A stretch of DNA of 62,780 bases, the filler included, from Streblomastix strix (lineage: Eukaryota): the NCBI GenBank assembly GCA_008636045.1. It is 4 parts of 4 records of this genome, joined end to end, with 100 filler letters (N's around TTAATTAATTAA, not from the genome) between each part and the next. Parts side by side here need not be neighbours in the genome. Positions count along the whole stretch, not along the records: positions 31,459 to 47,074 come from SNRW01000957.1; positions 47,175 to 62,780 come from SNRW01000958.1; 2 more parts are not named here. The stretch is one strand, 5' to 3'. Positions 40,362-53,998 of the stretch are shown here, piece after piece. A program made the position numbers and the translations under genes. Position 1 is the first letter of the stretch. Every line of letters begins with the position of its first letter. The notes under the pieces were generated by a model, which worked only from the letters and a program-made list of their open reading frames with translations, did no database searches and had not been told where the DNA came from.

Positions 40362-41398
40362 AATAATAATAATAATAATAATAATAATGCGATTCAAACA
40401 TCCAATAACCAACTTCAACACCACTCACCGAAATTTAAACCCAGCCCTTTCACATAACAAATAACAGCAGCCCTGTCGCCTGGTGGATAACGATGATTAT
40501 TATCTTAGGAGCCGTTGCATTTGTGATGTTCTTATCAATATGCATCATTTGTTGCTGCTATAATAAGATCAAGAAGAAGAAACATGAAGTAGATTATTCA
40601 GAAGAGGATTTGGACAGTGGGAAAAGGAATAATAAATAATAAGAATTAACTGAACATGTTGATGAAGAAATTGGAAATGAAGATGATTAATAACAAGTAT
40701 AACCAACTACTTTTAAATCTTCATTTATGTAACCAGCTCTGAATTACACTGAAAATCCGAATTATACAGCAGGTCCGAATTATACTAAAAACCCGATACA
40801 TGAACTTCATAAGCACAGTTCACAAATTGCACCCTCATCATCACAGGGATAACAATTACCTCCTAGATATGGGGTATAATTGAACCAAACATAGTCATTT
40901 TACAATACAGCAAATCAAGCTTTGGTTCACTCAGCTTCAGGATAGCTTCTGAACCGTCCTCCAATGTCTAGACAGACACAAGCAATTGAAAGGACATAAA
41001 GCACACCTCCTTTTGGATATAATAATATTTCTCCCAATCAAAACCCATATTAAGAAATTCCACTATAACTTCCACGTTCACCATATTCACAGAAATACCT
41101 TTATAACAGACAAGGCTGGTAACAGCAGAAACAATACACAGACACGGACAGAGTAAGAGACCCACCACTATAAAAATTTTCATCGGCGTATAAATCTCAA
41201 ACACCGAATGAATCGCGGCATAGTTCATAAACTGTCTCTCCGCCTAGTAGTAATCACAGTAATATATGGGGCAGCATGAAGAAGAGCTCTAAAAGTACGT
41301 ATAACTCCACAAAGTCAAGATCGCATTCGAGTAGCCATAGATAGGAATAATAATAAGGGCAGTTTATGGTGCACAAGGAAAGCTTCAAGAAGACGTGA
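39455..41398 (+). CDS. Membrane protein (647 aa) with poly-Ser/poly-Gln tract, Cys-flanked TM and low-complexity tail
   Basis: Open table-6 frame; N-terminal hydrophobic segment; TM AWWITMIIILGAVAFVMFLSICIICCCY followed by KIKKKK. Confidence 0.72.
40319..40387 (+). repeat. Coding microsatellite (TCA)14(TAA)9 = Ser14-Gln9
   Basis: In frame with CDS 39455-41398. Confidence 0.9.
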
Positions 41399-42079
41399 TG
41401 AGATTGAAAAATATTGGAGATTGTTTAGCCACACTTTTTTATTTTATTTTATTTTATTTGTATTTTTTATTTTATTTTATTTGTATTTTTTATTTTATTG
41501 GTACTGTTGTTATTTTAGTATTTTTTCACTCTAACTTCTTAATTTTTTCAATATTTTTTATATTAATTTAAAGCATAAATCAATGATAAATAATTGTTTT
41601 TTATCATAGAATACGTTGATTTTTAATGTGAATTTTAAACTTGTTATTACTAGATCTTATTTAATTCATATTTAATACCAGTTTATCACCAACATCTCAA
41701 TAAAATTCATTAATTTATTGTTACATTCTTTTTTAGTACCAATTTAAATGAGTATATTTATGAATTTACATTTTTATATAGTAAAAAATGCCATTGAATG
41801 GTCAACATAATAACTGTCAGCTTCTGCAAATATACCCGAATTTTTTTTTTCCTTTTTTTATTAAAAAAATCTAAGACTAAATGAACAGAACAAATGGTAT
41901 TTGATAACTATTTATTTTAAAATATAGTTATAATTGCAAATTGATTAAAATAAAATTAATTTTATTATAATATGAACTACAGATTAGGAAAGCAAAAAAA
42001 AACCCACAACGAAAATAAAATTTATTTATGATAAAAGCATTCTTAAAAAGTTATTTTGACACTTTATATTTCTTCACTA

Positions 42080-43747
42080 ATGTAAGATTAACAGGATTCA
42101 CTATCAACAGACTCTTAAATTGATATAATAAATAAAGATCAATGCAATACTACATGTTAAATCAAGGTTAATCAAGAAATAAAAGAAAAAAGTATATTGG
42201 AATAAGTTTAAAATTCAGTGGAATTAATTACATTATTTATGTACCGGAAAAAGAAAAATAGAGAATAAATTTTACAAAATTTGAAAATTCTTTTACCATA
42301 ACTTACAAAAACTGAATTGAAATCAGTAATAACCTAGTAATTAATTGTATAAATATCAGCCATTGGCTTTTCTTAAACTTATTAACTCCAGAAATTGAAT
42401 CTTTCAGTATTAATGATTATTGCAGAGTATGGCGCAGAATCTGTTATATCATGGTATTAAAATGATTTCTTTAAAGTCATTGTATAATCAGAAATGTTAT
42501 AATCTTTAAAGAAATCTATAAATTTTTATGAGTATGAAAATAAAGGAAAATAAGAAGAAATGATTATTGGAACAGAATTTGCTTTTTAACTCGCCCATAC
42601 TTATATTTGTATAATGAAAAATAAGATTTTTGCAGATAATGCAAAATGGTTCTGTTAAAGAGTGATATTTTATCATATATAAAAATATATGTAATTAATA
42701 ATATACTTTGATTAAGAAGACGAAAATGATGATGAAGGTAACGATGAAGAAGAAGATGATAGTGATGATGAAGAAGAAGATGATGAAGAAGAAGATGAAT
42801 TTGATGATGAATAATGTATTAGTTTAGAATATGTGATGAATTAATTGATAAAACTCCTCAAAGATATCATATATTCCAAAGGGTAACTAGCAAGATGTTA
42901 CAAATTAATATCTCCTCTCATTCACGTTAACTGCGATTCAAGTTTGAATTGCAATTAATAAATTACACTTCTTCCATAAGTTAAAAATCATCCCATTCAA
43001 ATCTATTTGTTTAGGGCATTCAATTCTATTCTTGAACATTCTGATATTAAATAGTATCTATTGGAAAATCATGCAATTCTTGCCCATCTTGCGGAAATAA
43101 TTAACAATTTTGCATTAAATTAATCTCAAATAATTTAATAAACCAATTCCGATTGAATATCTTCAATTTAATCAGGTACTTAATCAGTTCAGTAAGAATA
43201 TCCATAGTTTCTACTTGTTATTGAGACTTTAAAATTATTTAAAAATCTTGTTAATAATAATTAATCATTATCTGAAATGATAATCTTGGATCTTGGGTTA
43301 ATGTTATCAATAGTATAATTAAGTTAAAAACTAAAAAACAGAAAATAAGAATAATGTAATGAATTTGAATATGCAATTATTAGAAAAGAAAGTTTATAAA
43401 TACTAACCGAAATCATTAATAGTGGATAATTATAAGTGTAAAATGTGTTAATCAATTCATTCTTCATCTTTCGAAATGTATTAATTCCAGCATTATGTAA
43501 TGGTGGAGGAAAAGAGATGAACAGCAATAATATACAAAATTCGTTATTATGTTTAAAATGCATATTATCTAAGCTGAATAAAGGATGCAATATTCATAAT
43601 GATGAACAATTCTAATACTCTGAATTACTTAAAACATTTTTGAAGTAAATTGAGAATGAAGGAGGAGTTGAAGAAATAATTATTTATCAGTTAAATAGTG
43701 ATATATGCTTTTATATGGAGTTAAAACAGTAATTGTTATTTATATGA
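42080..43747 (+). pseudogene. Helical (ARM-like) family copy 3 with one in-frame TGA (43154-43156)
   Basis: Same frame before and after the TGA. The downstream part carries PALCNGGGKE...KQIENEGGVEEII; acidic tract at ~42715-42812. Confidence 0.65.
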
Positions 43748-44470
43748 TTTTAAATTAATCATTAATTGAATATGCTTTTTATCCATTTTTTTGTTAATTT
43801 CAGTATTTAATGTGTTATTGATCGTTTTAAAATATTCTACTTTATCTGTAAATACACAATTTGTTTAATATTTAATATATAATCGGACCGCAATCCATTT
43901 TTGAAGCTGAGGATGTTAAAAAAATTTTTTTTAATATATATGCTAAATTTCTTGCCTATTTAAACATTATATTTACGCCCAGTATATATTTTTTCTACTT
44001 TTTAAACTCAATTTATAATAATTTTCATTTAAATATTCTTTTTTTAGCATTTAAGCTCATTTTATTCTTAAAGTCATAATTTTTCTTGTTTAGTGTTAAA
44101 TTTCTATTTTTTAACTTAACTTTTTATTTTCTACTTATAAATTTTATTTTATTGTTTAAATTTAACCTCGTTATCAACGATTTATCACTTGGGAACACCA
44201 AAAATTATTCTAGAAATTTTTTTAAAAAAATTACTCAATGCACATTCATTATAAAACAATTTTCTTTTTCTATTATTAAATACAATATATTTTAAAATAA
44301 CTATTTTAAATTATTTTTAATTGTATCTTTCAGACTGTTTTACAATAAACTCATTATTTAATATTTTAAAAATCACATTAATTTTTTATATGATTATTCT
44401 TTTTCAAGATAAACTATTTAAAATAGCTTAATTATAATTTTTTTAATATTTTATTATCAGAATCTCTTCA

Positions 44471-45572
44471 ATGGCAGTTCCACACGAATACAACGTAGTT
44501 GGAGGATTACTTGGACTTGGACAATATATATTACTTGAGGTTCTTTAAGAATTCAGACTAATTCGAAATGCTGTCCAGTTCCTTGGCGTTTGCGAGAAGA
44601 CGCACTAATTGATGAAACATGCCAGATTTAATCAAATAATAAAAACATTAGGTATAAACGAAGATGAAAATACTTTATTGTTTTTGTTTTTCTTTTTTTA
44701 TATTTCTTATTTGTTTCTTTTATACTTCAATCTCTTCAGGTTATCCATTTGCATTATATAATCCAGATCCAACTGATATCAATTTCACAGATATTGATTT
44801 TGCTGATAAACAAATATCAAAGAAACTGGATAAAAACAACACAATTTCATTGTAATAAATCGATGAAGTTGGAATCTGGTCACTTGAAACCATATTTAAC
44901 ACTGAACTATTTGAGGGTTTTGGTGGTTTGAAATTATTACTTATTTTATTTTAACTTTATTTTACTTGAATTATTTTGAATTGTTCAATTATTAGGTATT
45001 GGTATTGTGTAAGATTCATACGATATCCCTGCTGGTACTCATCCAAATACTGAACCTCGTTTGAAAATTGTTTACTAATTTAATTATTTAATTATTTATA
45101 TTTTATTTAATTAGATTGGCAATACATGGCTGCATACTTTGGAGGGTAATATAATTTCATTACCTTAATTTTTTTATTAAATTTTTAATTTTCTTGATTA
45201 TTTCTTTGATATATATAAAAATTTTAGTGGAACTGTTTGGTATAAAGGAAAGCAAACAATAGGAAACATACCGTTCATCAATAACCAAACTGTAACACTT
45301 GAATTTGATTCAGAGAAAGGAACTCTGTTCTTTTTTGTTGGCGGAGCTCAACAGCCAGTCTACATTACAGGAATTAAGGAGAAAATTCGTTTCATTGTTT
45401 ATTTCATATTATTTTGATTGTTTAATTTAACCTCTATATATCCTAATTAATTTTGTCAATTATAAAGATCTTCATGCATTTTGGTGGTTCAATATTCACC
45501 ATTGGATCTCTGAAGAAACTCGAAGCGCCAACATCGGTACAAATTGCGAATAAAAAAGCAATATAATGGTGA
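44471..45572 (+). CDS. B30.2/SPRY-like domain protein with short helical N-terminus, multi-exon
   Basis: GIWSLETIF, GIGIVQDSYDIPAG, GTVWYKGKQTIGNIPF..QTVTLEFDSEKGTLFFFVGGAQQPVYITGIKEKIRF, ending ...KKAIQW*. Confidence 0.75.
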
Positions 45573-46189
45573 AACTAATGATCATCAACTCCTTTGCAAA
45601 TAAAATAAAACTGTTCTCATTCTGTTATTTTACTAAAAATAATCAAATTTTATAAATGAAATATAGCTGAAAAACATAAAATAAGAAATGCCAAAAATTA
45701 ACCATTCTTTAAAAATCTTAATAATTTGGTATAATTTTCTCTTCAAGAATAAAAGAAATTTTTTTAGTGTAACGATGAAATATTATATGGTATGAACCGT
45801 TTTATTTTTTTATTAAAATAATATACAATTTAACTTATCCAAAATCTTTACATCTATTTTGAAATAATATCTCTTTCAGTTAAGTTTAACCTGTTGATTT
45901 ACAGTTTCAATACACTGATTTGCAATTTATGTATAATGATTCACATCTGTTATGTGCTAATGTTAGTCTATATACTGATTTAAACCGATTAAAACCAATT
46001 TTAGAGCTATTTATTCAATTTTTAATGTAAATTAATCCAATAATTCCGTATACCAATGAATCCATACTCAAATTGTCATGTTTTATTTCAAATATTATCA
46101 TTATTTAACCAATTATATATTTTATTTTATTTATCAATCTTATTTTAATTAAATTTTATTTATTACTTTCCTATTTAATCAGTTTATAA

Positions 46190-46378
46190 ATGTCAATCTA
46201 AAGTAAATATTTTGAAGCAATCACTGATTATACTGGAGTTGGAGGAGATACAACTTATATTGTTGTTTCAAAAGGAGATATGGTTCGGTTGATTAAGAAG
46301 AGTAAAAAATGGTTCACAATTGAGAAATATGGACATATTGAAAAAGTACCAAAAGGAATATTAGTTAAATAATCATGA
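46190..46378 (+). CDS. SH3-domain ORF; frame stays open ~100 codons beyond the TGA (possible pseudogene)
   Basis: YFEAITDYTG...VSKGDMVRLIKKSKKWFTIEKYGHIEKVPKGIL fits the SH3 pattern. Confidence 0.65.
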
Positions 46379-47074
46379 AAGGTTTCTAATGATAATATAA
46401 ATTTCCAAGAACAAACATAATAGCATAGTCCAGAAGCAATACAATCAAATGATATTTAAAATAATATAAAGATAAAATAACCTTATTTAGAATAATCATC
46501 TTAAAAATCAAATTTATTGAATAATAACAATTCATAAATCAACTCTATCAACCCAATAAACAACTTAAAATCATAAATAATTCCACTTCACTAAAATGAT
46601 CAAATCAAATCACAATACTTGAATTTAAAATATACAATTATTAATCTAAAATCACAGATAAAATTCATAGATTTGAAATAAGGAATAAACAAAAAAAGTA
46701 TTTTATTAAAAATTATTAATGATTATATAAAAATAATTCTTTTAAATCAAAATATTTAGTAAATGAATTAATTTATTATTTTGTATATTTTTTAATTCAC
46801 ATTGTTTTTTAATATTTTAACTTCATTTAATGTTTAGATGTGCCAAAATATTAATTTGATCAGTAACATTAAATAACGAAAGGTATTTATTTTGGAACAC
46901 CACCTGTAATAAGGCGAGCTGACCTCTTTATTGCACATAGGCTCACACAATGGGGCCCAGATCGTTCAAAAATGAAGTGTTATTAATAAACAATAAACAA
47001 AATAACATATTGCAACTGTTTCAACATGAAACATTGCAACTCCCTGGTTCCTTATTTTGTTTTCTTCAGTCTTT

Positions 47075-47174
47075 NNNNNNNNNNNNNNNNNNNNNNNNNN
47101 NNNNNNNNNNNNNNNNNNTTAATTAATTAANNNNNNNNNNNNNNNNNNNNNNNNNNNNNNNNNNNNNNNNNNNN
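47075..47174. other. Artificial contig spacer N44-TTAATTAATTAA-N44
   Basis: Same 100-nt spacer. Confidence 0.97.
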
Positions 47175-47817
47175 ATAGTTTGTGTCTTCATTTATTATTT
47201 TGTACATGTATTTTAAATAGCCTAAATCATTAATATATAAAAATATTTATTCTTGAATTGACTAAAAATTCAATTTTTTTAATAAATCTATTGTTTCCGC
47301 TTCAATTCAAATTAATACTTTAAATAGATTCAATTTATTAACGCTATGACTTTAATACTTCCCCATTCAAAAATTTATTTTAGCAAAATTACGAAATTGT
47401 TGAAAATAAATAAATGAATGAAAAATGAGTTTCCACTCTCTACACAATAAAATTGCTTTAATTTCTTTATTTTTCCTACTATAATTAGTTTATTTATTTT
47501 TTATGTTTTTATATTTTATTTTACATTCAAATTATTCTGGAAAAAATTCTAATAATCAAAGAAATATATTTATGTAATCTTAAAATTTGATATTTTCCAG
47601 GAAATTTATGATTAAATATATCAATTAATTAATAATTTCATATTCAAATAATTTTTATTTTTCGTTATTAGAAAAATGCCGCTATACTTTCATAAAATCT
47701 ATCTACTTTCTTCAAATTTTTTGATTTATTTTTTAATTATATTTCCATTTTTTAATAATTATTATTTTTATATTGTTCTTTAATATATAATTAGAAATTA
47801 AAATCACATTTCCAATT

Positions 47818-48674
47818 ATGGGGTAAGATTATTCAAAGCAAATGGAAAAAGAAGGTTTTAATGAATTAAATATATTTTTTTTCATTTATTTTATTTATTA
47901 TTTATTGAAATATCAAATTATTTTTTATTTTCATAATTAATTAATATATTTAGATAAAAAAAAAGAAGCGAGAAATATATTAAACTTACTAAATAAATAA
48001 TATCAATCACAGAATCAAATTCATTTATCAAATAAAAAGATTAAATAAATAATCATTCTTTTCAAACAAAGCCAATTTCCATCATCAATTCATCTTTACA
48101 TTAACTTTTGAATCTTATAAGTCTTTACCATAATCTAATAAAGAATGATTCAAATAATTTACAAATCTATTAATCTCTAGTTAATCTGAGTAAATACAAT
48201 CTAAATATGCGCATCAACAAAAAAATAGATTAAATGTCAGCATAAATACGATATGATAGTTGTTGGTGTTTGCTGTCTATTCTTAGCAGTGCAGATTCAC
48301 AAACAATGGTTCGTCTATCAGAATTAGGGTATGTTAATGTGCTCTGCTTGATTATTGCAGCAGCAGGAGGGAGCGGTGAATAGGATCATGACTTGATAAG
48401 AGACTCGTTATATCAGTTAGGAGACTTTAATAGAACTCTTCACTTTGCGAGGAATATGTTTTATGAATTAATTGATCCTTTACCTGAATATATTAAGAAA
48501 ACAGAAGAAGAAATTGAATCTGAAGGATCGTTTGAAGAAATTGAGTCTTAAGTATTCAATATAATAATAACTCAATATGGAGACACAGCTCAAAGATAAG
48601 GAAAACGAGTGAAATGGATAATATTTGATGTTTATTGTGATAGGTCAAATTCGAATACTGATTGGGATTATTGA
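47818..48674 (+). CDS. Helical (ARM-like) family copy 4 (short), 2 exons
   Basis: ATG GG|gtaaga intron 47823-47953 restores the frame; LSELGYVNVLCLIIAAAGGSGEQ...EEEIESEGSFEEIESQV. Confidence 0.72.
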
Positions 48675-48867
48675 CTGATTCCAATTATGTCTATTCACAT
48701 ACTATTAAGTAAATATTACAACTTTTTTAAATTTATTAATAAAATCAACAACTTTTATAGTTCAATATAGTATAATTTAGAAAATAATCATTTATTTTTT
48801 TTTACTAAATTACTTTAATATTTATAGAACAATATATTAAGACAATTTTTCAACACTCTTTCCTTAA

Positions 48868-50942
48868 TCATTCCCATCTTACTTCTAATGCTCCAGATAT
48901 TTTCTTTGTGGAAGAAGCTGCCAAACGTTTTAGCGACAGAACAGTAGCAGATGAGTTTTTACTATTAATGGAGAACTGAAAATAAATAAAATAAAATTAA
49001 TAAAGAATTATTATTACTTGGAAGTAACAATTTTCATACGAAGAACTGTATTTATTCTGGAAGGCCTGTAATAAATAAAGGAAGTAGCTTCCCTTAAATG
49101 TACATATTTGCTGTTCGTGATGTCATGTTGACTTCAATTGCAAAAGTGTCCCCATCTTTAAATGCTTATCCTATTGTTGTATCTTTCCCATTCTGACTTA
49201 CATATCCACTATTAAATTAAAATAAATTAAAAATTGAAAAAGTACTGAGTAGAAATTATAATACTTTCTTTAGTAGTAAGCGTTGAATTTACAATCTAGA
49301 AATAATTATAGAATATAAAAGATTGTAAATAAAATAAAATAAAAGAAAATTTATTAATCTATAAGCAAATAAAGAAAAATTTCCTTAAGATAACTATAAT
49401 TATATTTAATATAAACAAAATTTGGATTCTTCATACATGGTTATTCTCCACATCCAACACCAAATGGAATTACAACTCCAGATTTCATAATCCCAAAAGC
49501 ACTCGAATTTTTATTATTCCTGAACTCGCACCTATAAACACCCGTAGTAACTACTTAATCAACTGGAAAGATCTTTTTCTCATCGAATGTTGACGTGTAA
49601 GTGAATTCACCATCTTTCTTAGAATATGATCCTTATGGGACAACAACCGTTATGGGAATAAGGCCTGGTTTTGGTTCACTTAAACAGAAGGAGTTGATTT
49701 CCTGCTTCGTTTGTATGGCAACAAGATACATCTGGAGTTCTCCAATCCGGTCGTCTTTTTATCTGCAATCCTGGAGTGCTTTATCTCTCTCGATATTTGA
49801 ACTCACTAATTCCAGATTTAATCTTTCCTTTTCTTATCTTTCTTTATTTCTCTCATTTTCCATAATCCGAAGTTCTTCATCTTTCCTTTGAAGTGCTTCT
49901 TCAAGCTCATGAATTTATTTATCTTTTTAATCATTATTTTTCAATTACTAATGAGTAACTCCAGATCCAGATAAAATGATAAGCAGGTTTCTTGCTTTGC
50001 TTTTCACTTCACCTTCAGCTTTGGTCTTGAGTTCTTCTAAAACTGGAATTAATTCTCCGAGTTCATTCAGATTATCTTCATCTTCTGCAAGCTTCAAAAC
50101 TACAGCGAGAAGACCTGCTTTCACAAAATCTTGTATAGGATATTCTTCTTCAGATAATGAAGATGATTATTTATTTTGTGTTGGTGCTTATAAACTAAGA
50201 GATTGAAGAATTTGATATATGAATGGTTTAGAGTATAGAACTTGCTTAATTTATTCATCGACGCCAATCAGTTTGCATAAAGCATCACTTCCTTCACCTG
50301 ATAGTTTTTCATTTGGGGTCTAAAATAAAACAAATTAAATTAATTTATAAATTAAAATAACTAATTTTTAATAAATTCAAACATGAATAATCTGAAGAAG
50401 AGAATTCACGCTCATTACAGTTTGATTCCGTTTGCTATATCCACTGCAACGAACTCCAATAATTCCTAAAATTCCTATACTTAATTCCTAAGAAATTTTA
50501 ATTTTAATATTTATATTTGAAAAAAAAAGGGGTTAAAACCGTAAGTTCAGATTAAACTCCAGCAACAAGGAAGTTTTTCAAAATTCCTACTAAATCGTGT
50601 TGTCCTATAGCTGCCATACAAGATGGCACTAAATATTAAATAAATTAAAGAAAAAACAGGTAAAAAAAGAAAAAAGATATAAAAAAAATTAAAAATATTT
50701 ATGTTTGTCAATTTAAAAACATACCTTTTGCAACAGTTATTAATAGCTGCTGAAGAGCTTGGATATGCTATTGCACATCAGAAGATCTTAGAATGACGGC
50801 TATTTAAGGAATTTTACTCTTTTTTTTATAAAAAATAATAAATAACTCCAAACGAAATGTAACGTGTACAAACTATCAATTAAACATCAGTCATGCCATT
50901 ATAAGCATGCAAAATAGCAGAATTAGAAGATTGGTCCTTCAT
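48868..50942 (-). CDS. Helical N-terminus + coiled coil + C-terminal SPRY-like protein, multi-exon
   Basis: GVYRCEF...AFGIMKSGVVIPFG; FKDGDTFAIEVNMTSRTANMYIQGKLLPLFITGLP; ends EVRWE*. Same C-terminal family as 44471-45572. Confidence 0.72.
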
Positions 50943-51474
50943 TTTATGTTAGTGACAGCTCAATAAAGTAAAATAAAAAATTATTTTGATAAAAATCAGT
51001 GTTATTAATTTAAAATTTAAACATTTAAAATAAAATATTTTAAATTATTATTTTGATGAAATTGGTTTAAATAATTTAAGTGAATAATAAGTTATTTTTT
51101 AAAGTATATTTTTTCATTATTTTTTAGTATGAATTTTATATTCATGCAGTTAATTTGCCATAACCATTAGATATACACTAGAAACTTACATTGTGTATCA
51201 AATTTCTAAGCTTCATCATAAATATAAAGCTATATTTAATTATAATTTATTTTCTTCGATAACCACTTATTGTTGATACTATTTTGCATAATTATTTTAA
51301 ACAATCATTTATTTATTATTACATTTAAAAATAAATATTCTATAAATCATTCGCATTTTTTCCGAATCATGGAAACAAAAAATAATTTAACTAAAAGGTT
51401 ATTTTTACACGTTTCAAAACAGTAAAGAATTAAAAATTCAACTTTATTATATTATTTTTTTATTTTTTAAGTAG

Positions 51475-53595
51475 ATGTTTCATTTCATCGTACTTGCTGC
51501 CCTTCTTACTTTTTCCGAAACCTACAAACATGATCCTAAATAACTAATTAATGAGCTGAATAATCAATAGTAATTGAACAAGGTGAATTTAAGAATGAAC
51601 GATGTGTTAGAAGGTTAAATGTGGCACTCTATGTTCGAAGTAAATGCTACAGAAACACGCGATGTCATTGTAGATTACACATGCAATCAACCACTACTTT
51701 AATCGTTTGATATCCGTGATTTTAGCCTAATTTAACAAGGCCAGGACGAATCTGCATTTTCATTTCGGCTTATTCCTGACCGTGTGCTTACCACATTATT
51801 GACTGCACAACCCTTAAACTTCAACTTCCATGGATGTCAATCACAAAAAGATGCTACAAGACTTGATTATACTCTCTATGGATTATCAGCATATATATAT
51901 GAATAAAAGAATGTGTCATCATCAATTACTTACGGCCTTCGTAAAATCACCAAATTGAAACTCAAAAAATTTGATATTGATGGAAATCCTGTACTTGAAG
52001 AATATGAAAGCCTTGGATGTGGTGCAGACAGAATGAACGCCAAAATATCGTTTGAAATCAACGGTTTAGTTTCATAAGAATGCATTTCAGATGATGTAGG
52101 AGGTGTATTAGATACTCAAATTCCAACATAATGCAGCGACGATGGGTTAAATATCGAAGATTCAGTCAATAATAAGAAATTCTTAGAGAATTACAAACAC
52201 GGATAAGTAAGGAATGCGAGTAACAACATCATAAAAGAGTTTCTGACCAGAACTGGTATTATACAAGGTGATATTATCTACTACAATGATATGGATGAAC
52301 AAATTGGATAAGAAACTGATGTCTCGTTTATTGGATGGGACAAAGACTCGTAGAACAAAGAACAGTGGATTATCGCCAGAAAGAACTACTTTACTACAAC
52401 TTACGAAGACTTCTACTTGACTGAAGAGAGAATCCCATTCCGCATTAAATCAGCCAGTTATGCGAAAATTACAGGAAATGCCATCTTCAAGCTCGGCTAG
52501 AACCAGAGTTCAACGAGCTAATGGCAATCATGCGGAATAGCGTCTGGAGGCGGAAGTCAATCAGGATCTGGTCCAGTTACTCCAGGAAGATTCAAGACCC
52601 TGAAGTACAGATATGCATCAGGAGTGGTTACTATAGACAGGACATCTGAAGACACGGATTCGCAGTATTTCAATTTGGCTGATACAGAACCTTATGAGAT
52701 CGATGCTGAGAATGTGTAGTAGATGATGATCATCAAGAATGGCACCTTTGATGTGCTTCAACCTACTCAGTTCTTAGGGTTTGATTCTAAAAAGTGCAGT
52801 TCAATTGATCAATTCAGATATGATAACTACTTGTATGCACTTCTGGGATATGCATGTTTCACATATGAAGGAATAGACATGTCACCATCAATATATTACC
52901 TATCATAAAACACACCTTAATAAGTCCGAGTGATTCCAGACGATATTTAATCTGTATTTGTTGAAAAGGGTTGCGATGCCGGTTTTTTGAATGTCGTATT
53001 CAGTGCTGAGATCAATGGAATTGTATCAGACAGCTGCATACCCAACAACGGAAACTGGACGAATATGAATAAATGCGTTAATGGAAGCGTTCCAGTCAAA
53101 CATTTGGAAGGTTTCCAGTTCGGATTCATGAAAGGAGTGGCAAACCAGCGGCTGAAGATGTTTCTGACTCGTTTCGGTGCCTTTCGCGGTGATCTCGAGT
53201 GGTTCAACAGAGACATATTCAATGTGAGCACATCAGTAGGTGAAGCAGGGAGAGCCATCTTCCTTGGATGGGACGTGGATCAATAAGGATAAGAAGTTTG
53301 GGTTGTCGCGAGGTAGAACCATCAGACTTTGTATAAAGAGGGTGTTCCATACAGAGACTTCTTCTATGAGATTGAAACGGTGCCGTTTCTGGTTGACGGA
53401 GCGAATGTAGCGGAGACGAACATATATTTCGTGTATGTCCCCGGGAAGAGCGTGATTCCATAAGACATGGCATATTAGTAGATTATTGAAGAGGGTGAAT
53501 AATCTAAGGATGCTTGTGGTATATATAAGGTTGCTTTTGAATTGATCGTTGCTGTATTAACACTTCCTATTATAGCGTTGTTGTTTTCAATTTGA
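51475..53595 (+). CDS. Surface protein (706 aa) with two tandem degenerate papain/cathepsin-B-like domains and C-terminal hydrophobic anchor
   Basis: Signal peptide MFHFIVLAALLTFS. Internal duplication GCGA..EINGLVSQECI...FLTRTG..GD...FIGWD....WIIAR versus GCDAG..EINGIVSDSCIP...FLTRFG..GD...FLGWD....WVVAR. Tail FELIVAVLTLPIIALLFSI*. Confidence 0.75.
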
Positions 53596-53998
53596 AATTC
53601 TAAATTTGTTATTATTATACTAGTTTTAAATTATAGATATCAATAAATATAGGACTAATTAAAGTTTGATTCTGTTTATTATTTTCAATAAATTTTTTAT
53701 ATTAAAGTGATTAAATAAGATAATTATTTCTTATATTATTTTATTATTACTCAACTCCGTGAAATGATATAACTAATTCAAATATAAATATATTAACGAA
53801 AATTGTGAGGATTGAAAATAGAGAACCTGATGTGAAATATTCAATTATATTATATATATTATATCAATTCTTACATTTACAATAGGCCACTATAGATTTA
53901 GAAGTTAAATTACTAATTAAACTCTGATGAAAGATAAAGCTAGTAATGGTAGGTTTTGAGGAGAATTCATTATTACGCAATTGAATTAAAAGTATTTA

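Noticed and set aside
40230..40424. Poly-Ile/poly-Met ORF on the minus strand
   Set aside because: Antisense of the (TCA)14(TAA)9 Ser/Gln tract.
46880..47074. GC-richer patch at the end of contig 3 as an ncRNA or element end
   Set aside because: No tRNA/snRNA hallmarks or terminal repeat recognisable; too short to call.
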